From Klebsiella phage vB_KpnS_SegesCirculi, in sequence record MN013080.1: a stretch of 50,636 bases of DNA, one strand, 5' to 3'. The notes beneath the pieces were generated by a model that saw only the letters and a list, made by a program, of their open reading frames with translations, made no database searches and was not told the origin of the DNA. Position 1 is the stretch's first letter, and the number at the start of each line of letters is the position of its first letter. Below are positions 1 through 9,850 of this stretch, one piece after another. Position numbers and translations under genes: made by a program.

Positions 1-525
1 ATGTCTGAAGAACGCAAAAAACGCGTAACGAAATCGCACTTCGAAGGCAATTTCAAGGCGCTGTACGAAAAAGATTTTGGCGTAGTGCTGGGGCGAACCG
101 CCGAAATGACGCCACAACAATTCTTCGAGATCGCGAAGGGTTATTTCCAGTGGGCCGAAGAAAACGCCATCAAGGCTGCGGAAACCGCCACTTTCCAGGG
201 CGACGTTAACGAGTGGGGCGTGAACAAGCCGCGCATTTTCACGATCACAGGGTTAAGCCTGTTTTGCGGCGTGAACCAGTCAACGCTTACACGCTATCGC
301 CACGACCCGAACTATGCCCCTGTCATGGAGTTTATCGACTCTGTAATCTATGAGCAGAAATTCCAGCTTGCTGCCGTCGGCATGATTAACGCTTCGTTCG
401 TCGGTAAGGAAATGGGGATCGACAAGCCCGCCGTTCTCAACATTGACGCCGTAGCTGGCAACAAGAACGAGATCACCGATGAAGTATTGGAGAAGGCTGT
501 TAGTAACATTCTGGACAAGATTTAA
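1..525 (+). CDS. Small terminase subunit / DNA-packaging protein (putative)
   Basis: 174-aa ORF immediately upstream of large terminase; N-terminal basic/HTH-like region; position. Confidence 0.65.
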   Translation: MSEERKKRVTKSHFEGNFKALYEKDFGVVLGRTAEMTPQQFFEIAKGYFQWAEENAIKAAETATFQGDVNEWGVNKPRIFTITGLSLFCGVNQSTLTRYRHDPNYAPVMEFIDSVIYEQKFQLAAVGMINASFVGKEMGIDKPAVLNIDAVAGNKNEITDEVLEKAVSNILDKI

Positions 526-534
526 GGGCCGATC

Positions 535-2139
535 ATGAATGACGAAATGATTATTTGGGAAGACCTGAAGCCAGCCGATAAGCTGGCAATCAAGGCATTG
601 AGCACGCGCAACTTTTCGCTATTCCTGAAGATCTGGTTTCAGATTATCCAGGGCGAAAAGCTGATGTGGAACTGGCATCACTCCTACTTTTGCCACACGG
701 TAGATGAAATCATCGCCGGGAAGCGCAAAAGCACGATCGTAAACGTTGCGCCTGGTTCGACGAAAACCGAAGCGTTTTCTATCCACCTCGCGCCGTATGC
801 GTATCTCAAGTGCCGGAAGGTTCGCAACCTTCAGATCTCGCAGGGTGACGCGCTTTCAAAAGGCAACTCCGACCGCGTAATCAAGATCTTTTCATCGGGC
901 GAATGGCAGGAGCTATGGCCCTCGAAGTTCGGGCGTAAGCAGATCGACGAATTCCAGGTTTTGGATGACAACGATCGCGTAAGGCTGGAAATGGTGTCCC
1001 GTTCGTCTGGTGGTCAGATCGTCGGTAAGCGTGGCGGGTACATGACGCCAGGTTTTAGCGGACTAATCGCGCTGGATGATATCGACAAGCCTGATGATAT
1101 GTTCTCAAAGGTGAAGCGCGAAAAGAGCCACATCTTGCTGAAGAACACTATTCGATCCCGTCGTGCGAAGAAGAAACAAGGCGACGAAACGCCGATCCTG
1201 TCCGTACAGCAGCGGCTGCATGCACAGGATTCCACCTGGTTCATGATGAGCGGCGGGATGGCTATCGAATTCGATCGCATTGTTATTCCGGCTATGGTAA
1301 CGAGGGAATACGGCGAATCGCTCCCTGACTGGTTGCGTCCTGAGTTCGAACGCGACGTGTTATCCGGGCCGTCGGTGGTCATTGATGGTATCGAATACTG
1401 GTCATTTTGGGAGGACAACGAATCGATCGAGAACCTGGTTGCCTTGCGCGATGCCGATCTTTATACGTTCCTTTCGCAGTATCAGCAGGAGCCAATCGCA
1501 TTGGGCGGCAACGTGTTTAAGTCGGAATGGTGGCGCTATTACGGCGACAGCGAAAAGGCGCATGAACCGCGCCCGGATAAGTTCGAATACACCTTCATTA
1601 CGGCGGATACGGCGCAGAAGACGAACGAACTAAACGACTATTCCGTGCTGTGCTATTGGGGTAAGTACCGCGATCGCGTCTACTTCATTGATGGAATCCG
1701 TGGCAAGTGGGAAGCGCCGGATTTGCGCGTGCAGGCTGAGGCATTCATTAAGCAGTGCTGGCGCAGAAATAAGGAATGCGGGAATCTGCGAAAGATTTAC
1801 ATCGAAGACAAGGCGAGCGGTACGGGTCTAATCCAGGATCTGACCAAAGCAGTAAATGGCATGGGTGAGATCGTCCCGGTTCAGCGTGACAAAGATAAGG
1901 TGACTCGCGCGATGGATGCGCAGCCAATTATCAAGGGTGGCCGCGTCGTACTGCCGGACAGCCATCCGTTCATTGCGGAGCTTGTGGCGGAAATGAGCGC
2001 ATTTACCTATGACGATTCACATCCACACGATGACATTTGCGACAACGTATTTGACGCCGCAAACCTGGAAATGAACCTGAGCGATGACCCGGTAGAACGA
2101 ATGAAACGCCTAGCAGGATTGAAAAAGCTGGGCCGCTAA
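535..2139 (+). CDS. terL: Terminase large subunit
   Basis: 534 aa; ATPase region (NVAPGSTKTEAFS; LIALDDIDKPDD) and nuclease-like C-terminus (YIEDKASGTGLIQDL, DDICDNVFDA). Confidence 0.92.
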   Translation: MNDEMIIWEDLKPADKLAIKALSTRNFSLFLKIWFQIIQGEKLMWNWHHSYFCHTVDEIIAGKRKSTIVNVAPGSTKTEAFSIHLAPYAYLKCRKVRNLQISQGDALSKGNSDRVIKIFSSGEWQELWPSKFGRKQIDEFQVLDDNDRVRLEMVSRSSGGQIVGKRGGYMTPGFSGLIALDDIDKPDDMFSKVKREKSHILLKNTIRSRRAKKKQGDETPILSVQQRLHAQDSTWFMMSGGMAIEFDRIVIPAMVTREYGESLPDWLRPEFERDVLSGPSVVIDGIEYWSFWEDNESIENLVALRDADLYTFLSQYQQEPIALGGNVFKSEWWRYYGDSEKAHEPRPDKFEYTFITADTAQKTNELNDYSVLCYWGKYRDRVYFIDGIRGKWEAPDLRVQAEAFIKQCWRRNKECGNLRKIYIEDKASGTGLIQDLTKAVNGMGEIVPVQRDKDKVTRAMDAQPIIKGGRVVLPDSHPFIAELVAEMSAFTYDDSHPHDDICDNVFDAANLEMNLSDDPVERMKRLAGLKKLGR

Positions 2140-2146
2140 TACATAA

Positions 2147-2166
2147 TGTGGGCTTAACGGCCCACA
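2147..2166 (+). other. Stem-loop TGTGGGC-ttaacg-GCCCACA between terL and portal, no U-tract
   Basis: 7-bp perfect stem read in sequence. Confidence 0.55.
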
Positions 2167-2185
2167 AATCACACAAGGTTAAAAT

Positions 2186-3505
2186 ATGAAAGCTATCAAG
2201 ATGGATGATTACAATCAGATCTTCAATGGTGGCGCGGGGTACGCGTCAACCACGGCGATGATTGCAAGCACGTTCGGGGATATGTCGCAAGTCGAGGAGT
2301 TCTATCACAGCAACGGACTGGCGAAAAAGATTGTTGACGTGATCCCGGAAGAAATGGTGTCGCCCGGCTTCCAGCTTAACGGCGTCTCCGATAACACGAA
2401 ATTCCAGTCAGAGTGGGACGGCCTTAAACTTGAGCCGCAAATCACCGATGCCCTCTGCTGGGCGCGCCTGTATGGTGGATCTTACGTCCTGGCGATGGTC
2501 AACGATGGTCGCATGCTGACTTCAGCCGCGAAGCGCGGTAAGCCGCTGGAATCAATTGTCGTTTACGACTACGATTCGGTGTCCGTAGCGGAGGAGGAGA
2601 AGAACCCGCGAAGCCCACGATTCGGCAAGCCTAAAATGTACACCGTCAAGCCGCTAAACGGCGGAAGCGACTTTAACGTGCATTATACCCGCATGCACTA
2701 CATCGACGGCGAGCGTGTAACTAACAAGGTACGGAAACTCAACAAGGGCGCTGGTGGCACGGTGCTGAACAAGTCGATGATTGAGGCGATTCTTGATTAC
2801 GATTATTCGGAGTACCTCGCAACGCAGCTGCTGAAGCGTAAGCAGCAGGGCGTGTGGAAGGCCAAAGGTCTTGCTCTAATCTGCGACGACAGGGAGGGCG
2901 AATACGCGGCCCGTTTGCGCATGGCGCAGGTTGACGCGAATTCCGGCGTTGGTAACACGATCGGCATTGATGCGGACGACGAAGAATACACCGTGATTAA
3001 CTCTGATATTTCAGGCATCCCGGAATTCTTGTCCGCCAAAATGGATCGGATTGTCGCGCTGTCAGGCATTCATGAGATCGTGCTGAAGAACAAAAACACA
3101 GGTGGCGTTAGTGCCAGCCAAAACACTGCGTTGCAGACGTTTTATAAGCTGGTGGAGCGCAAGCGCAACGACGACTACAAACCACTGTTAGAATTCCTGC
3201 TACAATTCATTGTCACTGAGGAAGACTTCAGCGTAGAGTTCGAACCGCTGTCACTGCCGACCGATTCAGAGAAGGCCGATATCTTTAAGAAGAACGCAGA
3301 CGCAGTACACGGACTGGTTACGGATCAGGTCATTGATGCGAACGAAGCACGTGATACCCTGTCCGCGATGGTTCCCGAACTGAAGTTGAAAGGCAATGCG
3401 CCGGAACAGAAAAAGTTACCGGATCGCACGCCTGGTGCTGGTAAGACCAAAACGCAAAAATCGCAGATCCTGAACAACACGGAGGAAGGCGGTGATGAAA
3501 GTTAA
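2186..3505 (+). CDS. Portal protein (DUF1073 type)
   Basis: 439 aa following terL; recognisable DUF1073-like sequence (EEFYHSNGLAKKIVDVIPEEMVSPGFQL; KLVERKRNDDYKPLLE). Confidence 0.88.
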   Translation: MKAIKMDDYNQIFNGGAGYASTTAMIASTFGDMSQVEEFYHSNGLAKKIVDVIPEEMVSPGFQLNGVSDNTKFQSEWDGLKLEPQITDALCWARLYGGSYVLAMVNDGRMLTSAAKRGKPLESIVVYDYDSVSVAEEEKNPRSPRFGKPKMYTVKPLNGGSDFNVHYTRMHYIDGERVTNKVRKLNKGAGGTVLNKSMIEAILDYDYSEYLATQLLKRKQQGVWKAKGLALICDDREGEYAARLRMAQVDANSGVGNTIGIDADDEEYTVINSDISGIPEFLSAKMDRIVALSGIHEIVLKNKNTGGVSASQNTALQTFYKLVERKRNDDYKPLLEFLLQFIVTEEDFSVEFEPLSLPTDSEKADIFKKNADAVHGLVTDQVIDANEARDTLSAMVPELKLKGNAPEQKKLPDRTPGAGKTKTQKSQILNNTEEGGDES

Positions 3506-4265
3506 CGGCAGAATTCCAAACTGGCGTTATCCTGAAGCAAGCGAGCGGGATTTATCCCGCTTGATGCAGGACGCGACAACCGATCTGGTCGTGGAAATGC
3601 GGGATCGGTTAGATCGCCTGAAGTTCGACGCCACGGCGGAGGAAATCAACGAGGCGGAAGACGATATCAACGAGGCGGCGATCGCGTTCTTTGCCACCGT
3701 CATTGCGGCGCTGGCATCCATTGGCCTGACCATCTACCGCTTCAACTCTAAGCAGTGGCTGGTTATTGCGCTGGCGGCTGGCGGGCGCGATAATGAAGCG
3801 GTTATAATGCTGAAGGAATTCGGCGCTGGTGGTTATGAGCAGTGGTATCAGCAGGCGCTGAAGAAATGGCAGGATACCGCAAAGGCATCAATCCAGAAGT
3901 TAACAGCCGATATCGTCGCTGACTGGACAACGAAAGTTCGAACCGCCAACAACATCGGCAAGACTCGCGAACAGATCGATGAAATCATCGAGGGCCGATA
4001 CGCCATTTATGGCAGTTGGTCGCGCAACCGGGCGAGCGGCATTATCGGAAGTTTTAACAGTATGTTGATGATGCAGCGACTAAAAGATGCTAAAGTATCG
4101 CATTACTTTTGGTTCGGCATGATGGATGACCGCGAACGCGAAAGCCACATCAAACTAGAAGGTAAGCGACGCCGCGTAAACGGTGACGGCATTTTTCCCG
4201 GCGAGGAGTACGGTTGCCGTTGCTGGGCGGTTCCCGATTTTAATAACGTAGAGGAATTACAATGA
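3495..4265 (+). CDS. Head morphogenesis protein (SPP1 gp7 / Mu gpF-like)
   Basis: C-terminal MMDDRERESHIKLEGKRRRVNGDGIFPGEEYGCRCWAVP motif typical of the family. Confidence 0.85.
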   Translation: MKVNGRIPNWRYPEASERDLSRLMQDATTDLVVEMRDRLDRLKFDATAEEINEAEDDINEAAIAFFATVIAALASIGLTIYRFNSKQWLVIALAAGGRDNEAVIMLKEFGAGGYEQWYQQALKKWQDTAKASIQKLTADIVADWTTKVRTANNIGKTREQIDEIIEGRYAIYGSWSRNRASGIIGSFNSMLMMQRLKDAKVSHYFWFGMMDDRERESHIKLEGKRRRVNGDGIFPGEEYGCRCWAVPDFNNVEELQ

Positions 4266-5392
4266 AAAGAGTTCAAAGATTCGACACGGTAAAGGTGAAA
4301 GCCCGCTTTGATGAAAACGGCTTTCTGGTCGATACCCCGATCGTTGCGCGTATCGGCGCACAGACCTACCAGACCCCGAACGGCCAGCGCGTTGAGTTTC
4401 GCCCGCGCTCCGAGGTGTTCGACGCTGAATCGCTGGCGTCATACCAGGGCAAGCCAATTACTTTGGGTCACAAGATGGTTAACGCCAAAAACGCGAAAGG
4501 GCTGGTGGTCGGATCCTGTTCCGGCGCTGGCAAAGAGGACGGGATCGGGGTTCTGGTTCCGGTGATGATTTACGACGGGGAGTCGATCGAGCAGGCGAAA
4601 CAGCGCGTAGCGGCTGAATTGTCCGTTGGGTACACCTCGATCGATATCGACAAAAAAGGCTGGGGCAACAACGCGACGGGCGAATACTACTTCGATGAAG
4701 ACCTACCGGAAAACTTCGAAGAACTGAAAAACGATTCCGTCTCTGATTGGGTTCGCTTTGATGCCGTGCAAACGAAGATTCGCGTTAACCATGTGGCGCT
4801 TGTTTTTCGCGGGCGTGCAGGAATTGCGAAATTAAATCTTGATAGTGAGCAAGAATTTCCCTATGATGACGACTCAAACCACAAAGGAGCTAAAACGATG
4901 ATTATCAAAATTGACGGCGTAGACGTCGAAGTAGCCGATAACGTAGGCGCACATATTGCTAAACTGGACGCACAGATCGCAACCGCAACCAGTCAGGTAA
5001 CGAGCATCACCGCAGAGCGCGACGCACTTCAAACCAAAGTTGATGGCATTGAAGATGAAGTGGCGGCACGTGTTGCCAAAATCAAAGCCGACGAAGACGC
5101 GAAGCAGAAAGTTGTCGCGATCGTATCCGCCGCTGGCATCAAGTGCGACGGCCTGGACGTTAAAGCGATGAAAGTTGCTTACATCAAAGAAGCGGATGGC
5201 CGCGACTTGTCAGATAAAGAAGATTCGTATATCGACGCTTCTTTTGACTTTATCTCCAATTCTGATAAGATGGCAAGCAATCGCTCTAAAGTCTTCGCCA
5301 AAAAAGAAGATGGTGAGCAGGAAGACAAGAAAGGCGCGCCGAAACTCGATGGTTCCAACATCATCGACCCGCAAGCCAAATTCCGTAACTAA
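4262..5392 (+). CDS. DUF2213 protein, capsid maturation protease plus scaffold-like C-terminus
   Basis: 376 aa; DUF2213-like N-terminus (ITLGHKMV...SVGYTSIDID); coiled C-terminal region directly upstream of capsid genes. Confidence 0.82.
   Translation: MKRVQRFDTVKVKARFDENGFLVDTPIVARIGAQTYQTPNGQRVEFRPRSEVFDAESLASYQGKPITLGHKMVNAKNAKGLVVGSCSGAGKEDGIGVLVPVMIYDGESIEQAKQRVAAELSVGYTSIDIDKKGWGNNATGEYYFDEDLPENFEELKNDSVSDWVRFDAVQTKIRVNHVALVFRGRAGIAKLNLDSEQEFPYDDDSNHKGAKTMIIKIDGVDVEVADNVGAHIAKLDAQIATATSQVTSITAERDALQTKVDGIEDEVAARVAKIKADEDAKQKVVAIVSAAGIKCDGLDVKAMKVAYIKEADGRDLSDKEDSYIDASFDFISNSDKMASNRSKVFAKKEDGEQEDKKGAPKLDGSNIIDPQAKFRN
4898..5392 (+). CDS. Possible nested in-frame scaffolding protein
   Basis: Internal ATG in frame with 4262 ORF, preceded by AAAGGAG at 4883-4889; lambda C/Nu3-like architecture. 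Confidence 0.5.
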   Translation: MIIKIDGVDVEVADNVGAHIAKLDAQIATATSQVTSITAERDALQTKVDGIEDEVAARVAKIKADEDAKQKVVAIVSAAGIKCDGLDVKAMKVAYIKEADGRDLSDKEDSYIDASFDFISNSDKMASNRSKVFAKKEDGEQEDKKGAPKLDGSNIIDPQAKFRN

Positions 5393-5443
5393 TACCGTGC
5401 GGCCTTCGGGCCGCTACAAAATCCAAATCAAGGAGATTTAATC

Positions 5444-5956
5444 ATGGCAATTCCTGCAACCTATACCCGCAAGCGCGATATTTGCATTCCGGGCCAGATC
5501 GCGGATACTTCGCTGTACAACATCGACGGCACCTGTGCCGCTGCAAATGACATTTTAACTGGCGTTCTGGTCGCGTTGTCCGGTGGCGTTGTTGATGGTC
5601 ATAAAGTGGTCGATACCGCTAAAACTGCTGATGCTGTTCTGGTGGGCGTAACCACTCATTCCCATTACCAATCGCCGGAATTCAAATACGACAAATTTTC
5701 CGCCGTAAACGTTATGACGCATGGCCGCGTGTGGTGTCGCGCTGCATCTACCGTAACCGCAGCCGATTGTGCTTTTAAGTCGCTGGTAACTTTCGGTGAT
5801 GATGGCACCGTGGCAAAAGGCGATGCTGGCCTAATCAAAACCGGGTACACTCACACTGGCGAGTGGTTCAAAAACAAAGATGGCGTAGTCCTGGTGAAAA
5901 TCCAGTTAACGCAGGACGCAACCGCGCCAGCCGCTCCCGCCGCTGGTGGCGAGTAA
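5444..5956 (+). CDS. Small structural head protein, decoration-like (putative)
   Basis: 170 aa between protease/scaffold and capsid; strong SD AAGGAG. Confidence 0.6.
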   Translation: MAIPATYTRKRDICIPGQIADTSLYNIDGTCAAANDILTGVLVALSGGVVDGHKVVDTAKTADAVLVGVTTHSHYQSPEFKYDKFSAVNVMTHGRVWCRAASTVTAADCAFKSLVTFGDDGTVAKGDAGLIKTGYTHTGEWFKNKDGVVLVKIQLTQDATAPAAPAAGGE

Positions 5957-5962
5957 AAAATA

Positions 5963-5981
5963 GGGGCTTCGGCCCCTTTTT
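5963..5981 (+). terminator. Intrinsic terminator GGGGC-TTCG-GCCCC-TTTTT
   Basis: Perfect stem, UUCG loop, U-tract. Confidence 0.85.
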
Positions 5982-5998
5982 CATACGTTAAAAAAACC

Positions 5999-6027
5999 TT
6001 TGACCGTTTAGCGATTCGTGCTATTCT
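5999..6027 (+). promoter_or_regulatory. Putative capsid-gene promoter TTTGAC-17-TATTCT with operator-like TAGCGATTCGTGCTA in the spacer
   Basis: -35 5999-6004, -10 6022-6027, palindrome 6009-6023. Confidence 0.55.
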
Positions 6028-6066
6028 TCATCTCGTTAAGTCAAAACACACAAACAGGAGTTTCAA

Positions 6067-7008
6067 ATGACTATGAAATTAGATGCATTCGAGCAGAATG
6101 CAATCAAGGTTGCAATGCAGGGTATGGGCATCGACGCTAACAAACTCGATGCGCACGGCATCTGGACTGTTAATCAGCTTACCCAACTCTTAAATCGCCA
6201 GTACGAGCAGGCTTACCCGCAAACTGGTGTGCTGGAGCTTTTCCCGGTTACTACCGAACTGAGTCCGGTAACGAAAAACTTTGAATGGCTGGAGTTTGAC
6301 GGCGTGACCTCTGCGAAAATCATCGCGGATTATACCGACGACCTGCCGACCGTTGAAGCGATGGCGTCCGAGAAAACTGGTAAAGTGTTCCGCCTGGGTA
6401 ACGCGTGGTTTATCTCCATCGACGAAATCAAAGCAGGTCAGGCGCTGGGTTCCAGCCTGAGCGACCGCAAAGCGTCTCTTGCACGCGAAGGCCATGAAAC
6501 CCTGGTTAACGATCTGGTGTTCAAAGGTTCCGCGCCGCATAACATCGTTAGCGTGTTCGATCAGCCGAACATTAACCGTCTGACCTCCGCAAGCTGGACT
6601 ACGCCGGAAATCGCATTCAGCGAGTTGCAGGATCTGATCGAGACGATCGAAGATGTAACGCTGGGCCGTCACCATGTTACCAACATCGTGATCCCTCCGT
6701 CCAAGCGCCGCCTGCTGACGCAGAAAATGCCGGACGTTACGGAAAGTTACCTCGCGTGGTTCAAAGAGAACTACCCGAATGTAACCATCACCGCGATTGC
6801 GGAACTGGAAGATATCGACGGCGCAGGTACTAAAGGCGTGCTGGCATACGAAAAAGATCCGATGAATATGTCGATCGAGATCCCGGAACGCTTCAACATG
6901 CTGCCGATGCAGCCGAAAGACCTGCATTTCAAAGTGCCTTGCACCTCCAAATGCACTGGCCTCATCGTGTATCGTCCGCTGACCATCGCCATTCTTTCTG
7001 GCGTGTAA
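6067..7008 (+). CDS. Major capsid protein
   Basis: 313 aa, dedicated upstream region, strong SD, terminator after gene, position. Confidence 0.82.
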   Translation: MTMKLDAFEQNAIKVAMQGMGIDANKLDAHGIWTVNQLTQLLNRQYEQAYPQTGVLELFPVTTELSPVTKNFEWLEFDGVTSAKIIADYTDDLPTVEAMASEKTGKVFRLGNAWFISIDEIKAGQALGSSLSDRKASLAREGHETLVNDLVFKGSAPHNIVSVFDQPNINRLTSASWTTPEIAFSELQDLIETIEDVTLGRHHVTNIVIPPSKRRLLTQKMPDVTESYLAWFKENYPNVTITAIAELEDIDGAGTKGVLAYEKDPMNMSIEIPERFNMLPMQPKDLHFKVPCTSKCTGLIVYRPLTIAILSGV

Positions 7009-7013
7009 TTAGA

Positions 7014-7036
7014 ATGGCCCTTCGGGGCCATTTTTT
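7014..7036 (+). terminator. Intrinsic terminator TGGCCC-TTCG-GGGCCA-TTTTTT
   Basis: Perfect stem plus U-tract. Confidence 0.88.
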
Positions 7037-7099
7037 ATTGTTGCGAAAAACCTTTCATTGTGTTTAAATCAAACCTCACCAAAACAGGAGAGATACAAA

Positions 7100-7408
7100 A
7101 TGGCTAAAAAAGATACTGCTACCATCGAACCGGAAATCAACGAAAAGCCGGAAACCTCACAGCCGGAAACCGCGAAGCCGGATATGGTAACAATGGAAAA
7201 CGTGGGCGCTTGCCTGATTAAGTTCGACGGCAAGAAAGTTCTACCGGGCGAAACCTTCGAGATCGAAGAGTCTCAAGTTAACCGCTTCCGCCACGATATC
7301 TTCAAAGGCCGCGTAGAATTCCACGATGATATTCGCCGCACTCGCGACTACATCGCAGCAGTGAAAGCGAAAGCAAAAACCATCGTGCAGCCTACGAGCG
7401 CCGAATAA
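7100..7408 (+). CDS. Hypothetical head-region protein
   Basis: 102 aa, own leader and SD, between capsid and adaptor genes. Confidence 0.6.
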   Translation: MAKKDTATIEPEINEKPETSQPETAKPDMVTMENVGACLIKFDGKKVLPGETFEIEESQVNRFRHDIFKGRVEFHDDIRRTRDYIAAVKAKAKTIVQPTSAE

Positions 7409-7459
7409 AAAAACCAATAAGGGCGCTACGGCGTCCTTTTTCATATCTGGAGAAAGACC

Positions 7460-7876
7460 ATGAATTATACGATTCAAGATGTGATCGACAAAATGCGCAG
7501 CCTCGCGCCGCCGCTTAAAGAAGTACCTGAAGAACTGCTAACCGCGTGGGTGGTGCTGGCTGAGGAATTCGTATGCGCGTCTAAGTTCGGAGATTCGATC
7601 ATTACAGCGCTGGCGCTGATGACCATGCACCTGATGTTTCTGGACGGCGCAATGAAGCAGGAAGGCGAAAGCGTGGAATCATACTCGCAGCGTGTAGCGT
7701 CATTCACCCTGACCGGGGAGTTTTCCCAAACATTCGATCGCGTGTCTTCGGCTAGTGACAACGAAATGCTATCAACTCCGTGGGGTAAAATGTACTGGCG
7801 CATGCTGAAAATGCGCGGCGGCGGCTTCGGCCTTATGACCGCTGGCGGTCTTCATCGTTGCGGCATGGGAGGTTAA
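7460..7876 (+). CDS. Head-tail adaptor (DUF4054-like)
   Basis: Position and sequence character. Confidence 0.6.
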   Translation: MNYTIQDVIDKMRSLAPPLKEVPEELLTAWVVLAEEFVCASKFGDSIITALALMTMHLMFLDGAMKQEGESVESYSQRVASFTLTGEFSQTFDRVSSASDNEMLSTPWGKMYWRMLKMRGGGFGLMTAGGLHRCGMGG

Positions 7877-7881
7877 ACGCC

Positions 7882-8259
7882 ATGAACTACAAAGCAATTC
7901 AGGCCCGCGCTAGTGCGGGCATCAAGTTTTTCAGCGATGCCGATGGCGTATTCAACAAGTACACCAAAGGCGCTGGCGGCGGCATCGACCCCGAAACCGG
8001 GGAGGATATCATCCCTGGCGAGGTTGTGACCACAATCAAAGGTGCGGTGCGGGATATCAAAGATCGCGATATCAACGGCGAAACTATCCTCGCTGGCGAC
8101 AAGCGCGGCTTCTTCACTCACGACGTACCAATCATGGAAGGTGACGAAATCGACGTCGACGGGGAGCGCTATCGCGTGGTTAATGCCCGCCCGGTGAAAC
8201 CTACCGGAACCGTTGTTGCCTACCGCCCTGTTTTGCGAAGGGTGGCGACTTATGGCTAA
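7882..8259 (+). CDS. Head-tail connector/stopper (putative)
   Basis: Position; beta-rich VTTIKG...GDEIDVDGERYRVVNARPV. Confidence 0.5.
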   Translation: MNYKAIQARASAGIKFFSDADGVFNKYTKGAGGGIDPETGEDIIPGEVVTTIKGAVRDIKDRDINGETILAGDKRGFFTHDVPIMEGDEIDVDGERYRVVNARPVKPTGTVVAYRPVLRRVATYG

Positions 8260-8689
8260 TTATACGATCCGGGAGTTCACAGGGGCAATTGATGCGTGGT
8301 GCAAGGCGGCTGGTGACGCGCTGGAGGACGTTGTACGCATGACGTGCGAGGATATCCTGAAAGATCTTGTGATGCGCTCTCCGGTCGATACAGGCCGCTT
8401 CCGTGGCAACTGGCAAATAACTTTTAACCGTGCGCCACTTTACGCCATCAACGCATACGACCAGGCCGGGACGAAGACTATCCAGAACGGCAACGCGAAT
8501 ATTGCGCTGTTCACAAAGGGAGCCGGGATTACTTCGATCTGGTTCAGTAACATGCTAATCTATGCGAACGCGCTCGAATACGGACACTCAAAGCAAGCGC
8601 CGAATGGCGTTGTAGGAGTTGTCGCGATCCGATTGGGCGTATACGTGACTGAAGCAATCAAACGAGCGAGGGCGAAAAATGCACTATGA
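8252..8689 (+). CDS. Neck/tail completion protein, HK97 gp10-like
   Basis: MRSPVDTGRFRGNWQ motif; position. Confidence 0.7.
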   Translation: MANYTIREFTGAIDAWCKAAGDALEDVVRMTCEDILKDLVMRSPVDTGRFRGNWQITFNRAPLYAINAYDQAGTKTIQNGNANIALFTKGAGITSIWFSNMLIYANALEYGHSKQAPNGVVGVVAIRLGVYVTEAIKRARAKNAL

Positions 8690-9113
8690 TATTGCGTTAA
8701 AATGCAAGGCAGTGGCGGCTAAATTTGCCGCCGATAACGGGATTATGATCGCGAGCGATAACGTTGACTTTAAGCCGCCAGCCAACGGCGGTACGCACCT
8801 TAAATTTTCATACATCGAAGCGGATTCCCGATCTGTTAGCCTATCCAGGGAGTGTCGCGTTTACCTGGGGCTGGTTCAGGTTGATGTGATCTTTAAACCC
8901 GGAACTGGCACCGACGCCGCAAGGTTAATCGCGCAAAACGTTGCAAAATATTTCCCTGAAGGTAAAATCTTGGGCGATGACAAAATTAATCTTTACGTAA
9001 GCGAGTGGGCCGAGGTTCACGGAGTGCAGAAGGCGCAAACCGGGTGGTTCTTCCCGGTTCGCTTTACGGTAAGATGTGAACAAATGGAGGCGAACGGGTA
9101 TGCACTTACCTAA
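8679..9113 (+). CDS. Tail terminator/completion protein (DUF4128-like)
   Basis: Position and beta-rich sequence. Confidence 0.55.
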   Translation: MHYDIALKCKAVAAKFAADNGIMIASDNVDFKPPANGGTHLKFSYIEADSRSVSLSRECRVYLGLVQVDVIFKPGTGTDAARLIAQNVAKYFPEGKILGDDKINLYVSEWAEVHGVQKAQTGWFFPVRFTVRCEQMEANGYALT

Positions 9114-9798
9114 CGGGAGCAAGATTTTTATTGAGTCTAGTTTTGAAAACGAAACAGAGGTCGTTGGCGCGGACACGACTCCGCCAGCCGGGAACACTAC
9201 TCCGGCCAACACATTCGTTTTGCTATTCAAAACGCCGACAGATACCAATCTTTATAAAATTAACGATATCGTTATGATCACGCGTTCGGATAGGTACGGA
9301 TTCCTTGAGGGTAAAATTTATCGCGTTTGGTCGGTTGGTGGTGGCGGTCGAATCCGTCTTTGGCCTGAAGACAGAGCGAGCGAACTGGAGGCTGGAGCGT
9401 CTATTTCATTCCCCGGCGCGATCCGAAAAATAACAGCATGGGCCGAGCTTCCTTGCGTGCAATCAATCGACAAGGAAGGCAACGAGCAAAACTGGTACAC
9501 CTACCAGTGCTTGCATAGTGGGAGGGAGGAGCGACAGAAGACGACTAAATCAGCCTTGTTTATGACGTATACTATGGCTCATGACCCACAAAATCCGGCG
9601 TATGCGATCATGAAATCTCGAGAGAAAAGCAAAACACTAATGGGTGCTTACATGCTCATTCCGCGAGCAAAAGAGCTTCGCTATTGGTCTGGTAACGTCT
9701 CATTCGATGACATTCCGTCAACGACGGTAAACGAAATGGAGACTGTGGCGTTACGAATGGCGATTCGAGGCACTTATAATTTCTTGCCATCCAGCTAA
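9100..9798 (+). CDS. Tail tube protein paralogue 1
   Basis: Colinear similarity with the next gene (MHLPNGSKIF; RYWSGNVSFDDIPSTTVNEMETVAL). Confidence 0.75.
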   Translation: MHLPNGSKIFIESSFENETEVVGADTTPPAGNTTPANTFVLLFKTPTDTNLYKINDIVMITRSDRYGFLEGKIYRVWSVGGGGRIRLWPEDRASELEAGASISFPGAIRKITAWAELPCVQSIDKEGNEQNWYTYQCLHSGREERQKTTKSALFMTYTMAHDPQNPAYAIMKSREKSKTLMGAYMLIPRAKELRYWSGNVSFDDIPSTTVNEMETVALRMAIRGTYNFLPSS

Positions 9799-9812
9799 CT
9801 AGCGGGCATAAT
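9784..9812 (+). promoter_or_regulatory. Candidate sigma70 promoter TTGCCA-17-CATAAT for tail tube paralogue 2
   Basis: -35 9784-9789, -10 9807-9812. Confidence 0.5.
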
Positions 9813-9850
9813 GGCGAGGTTAATCAAACATCAAAACAGGAGTATTCAAC

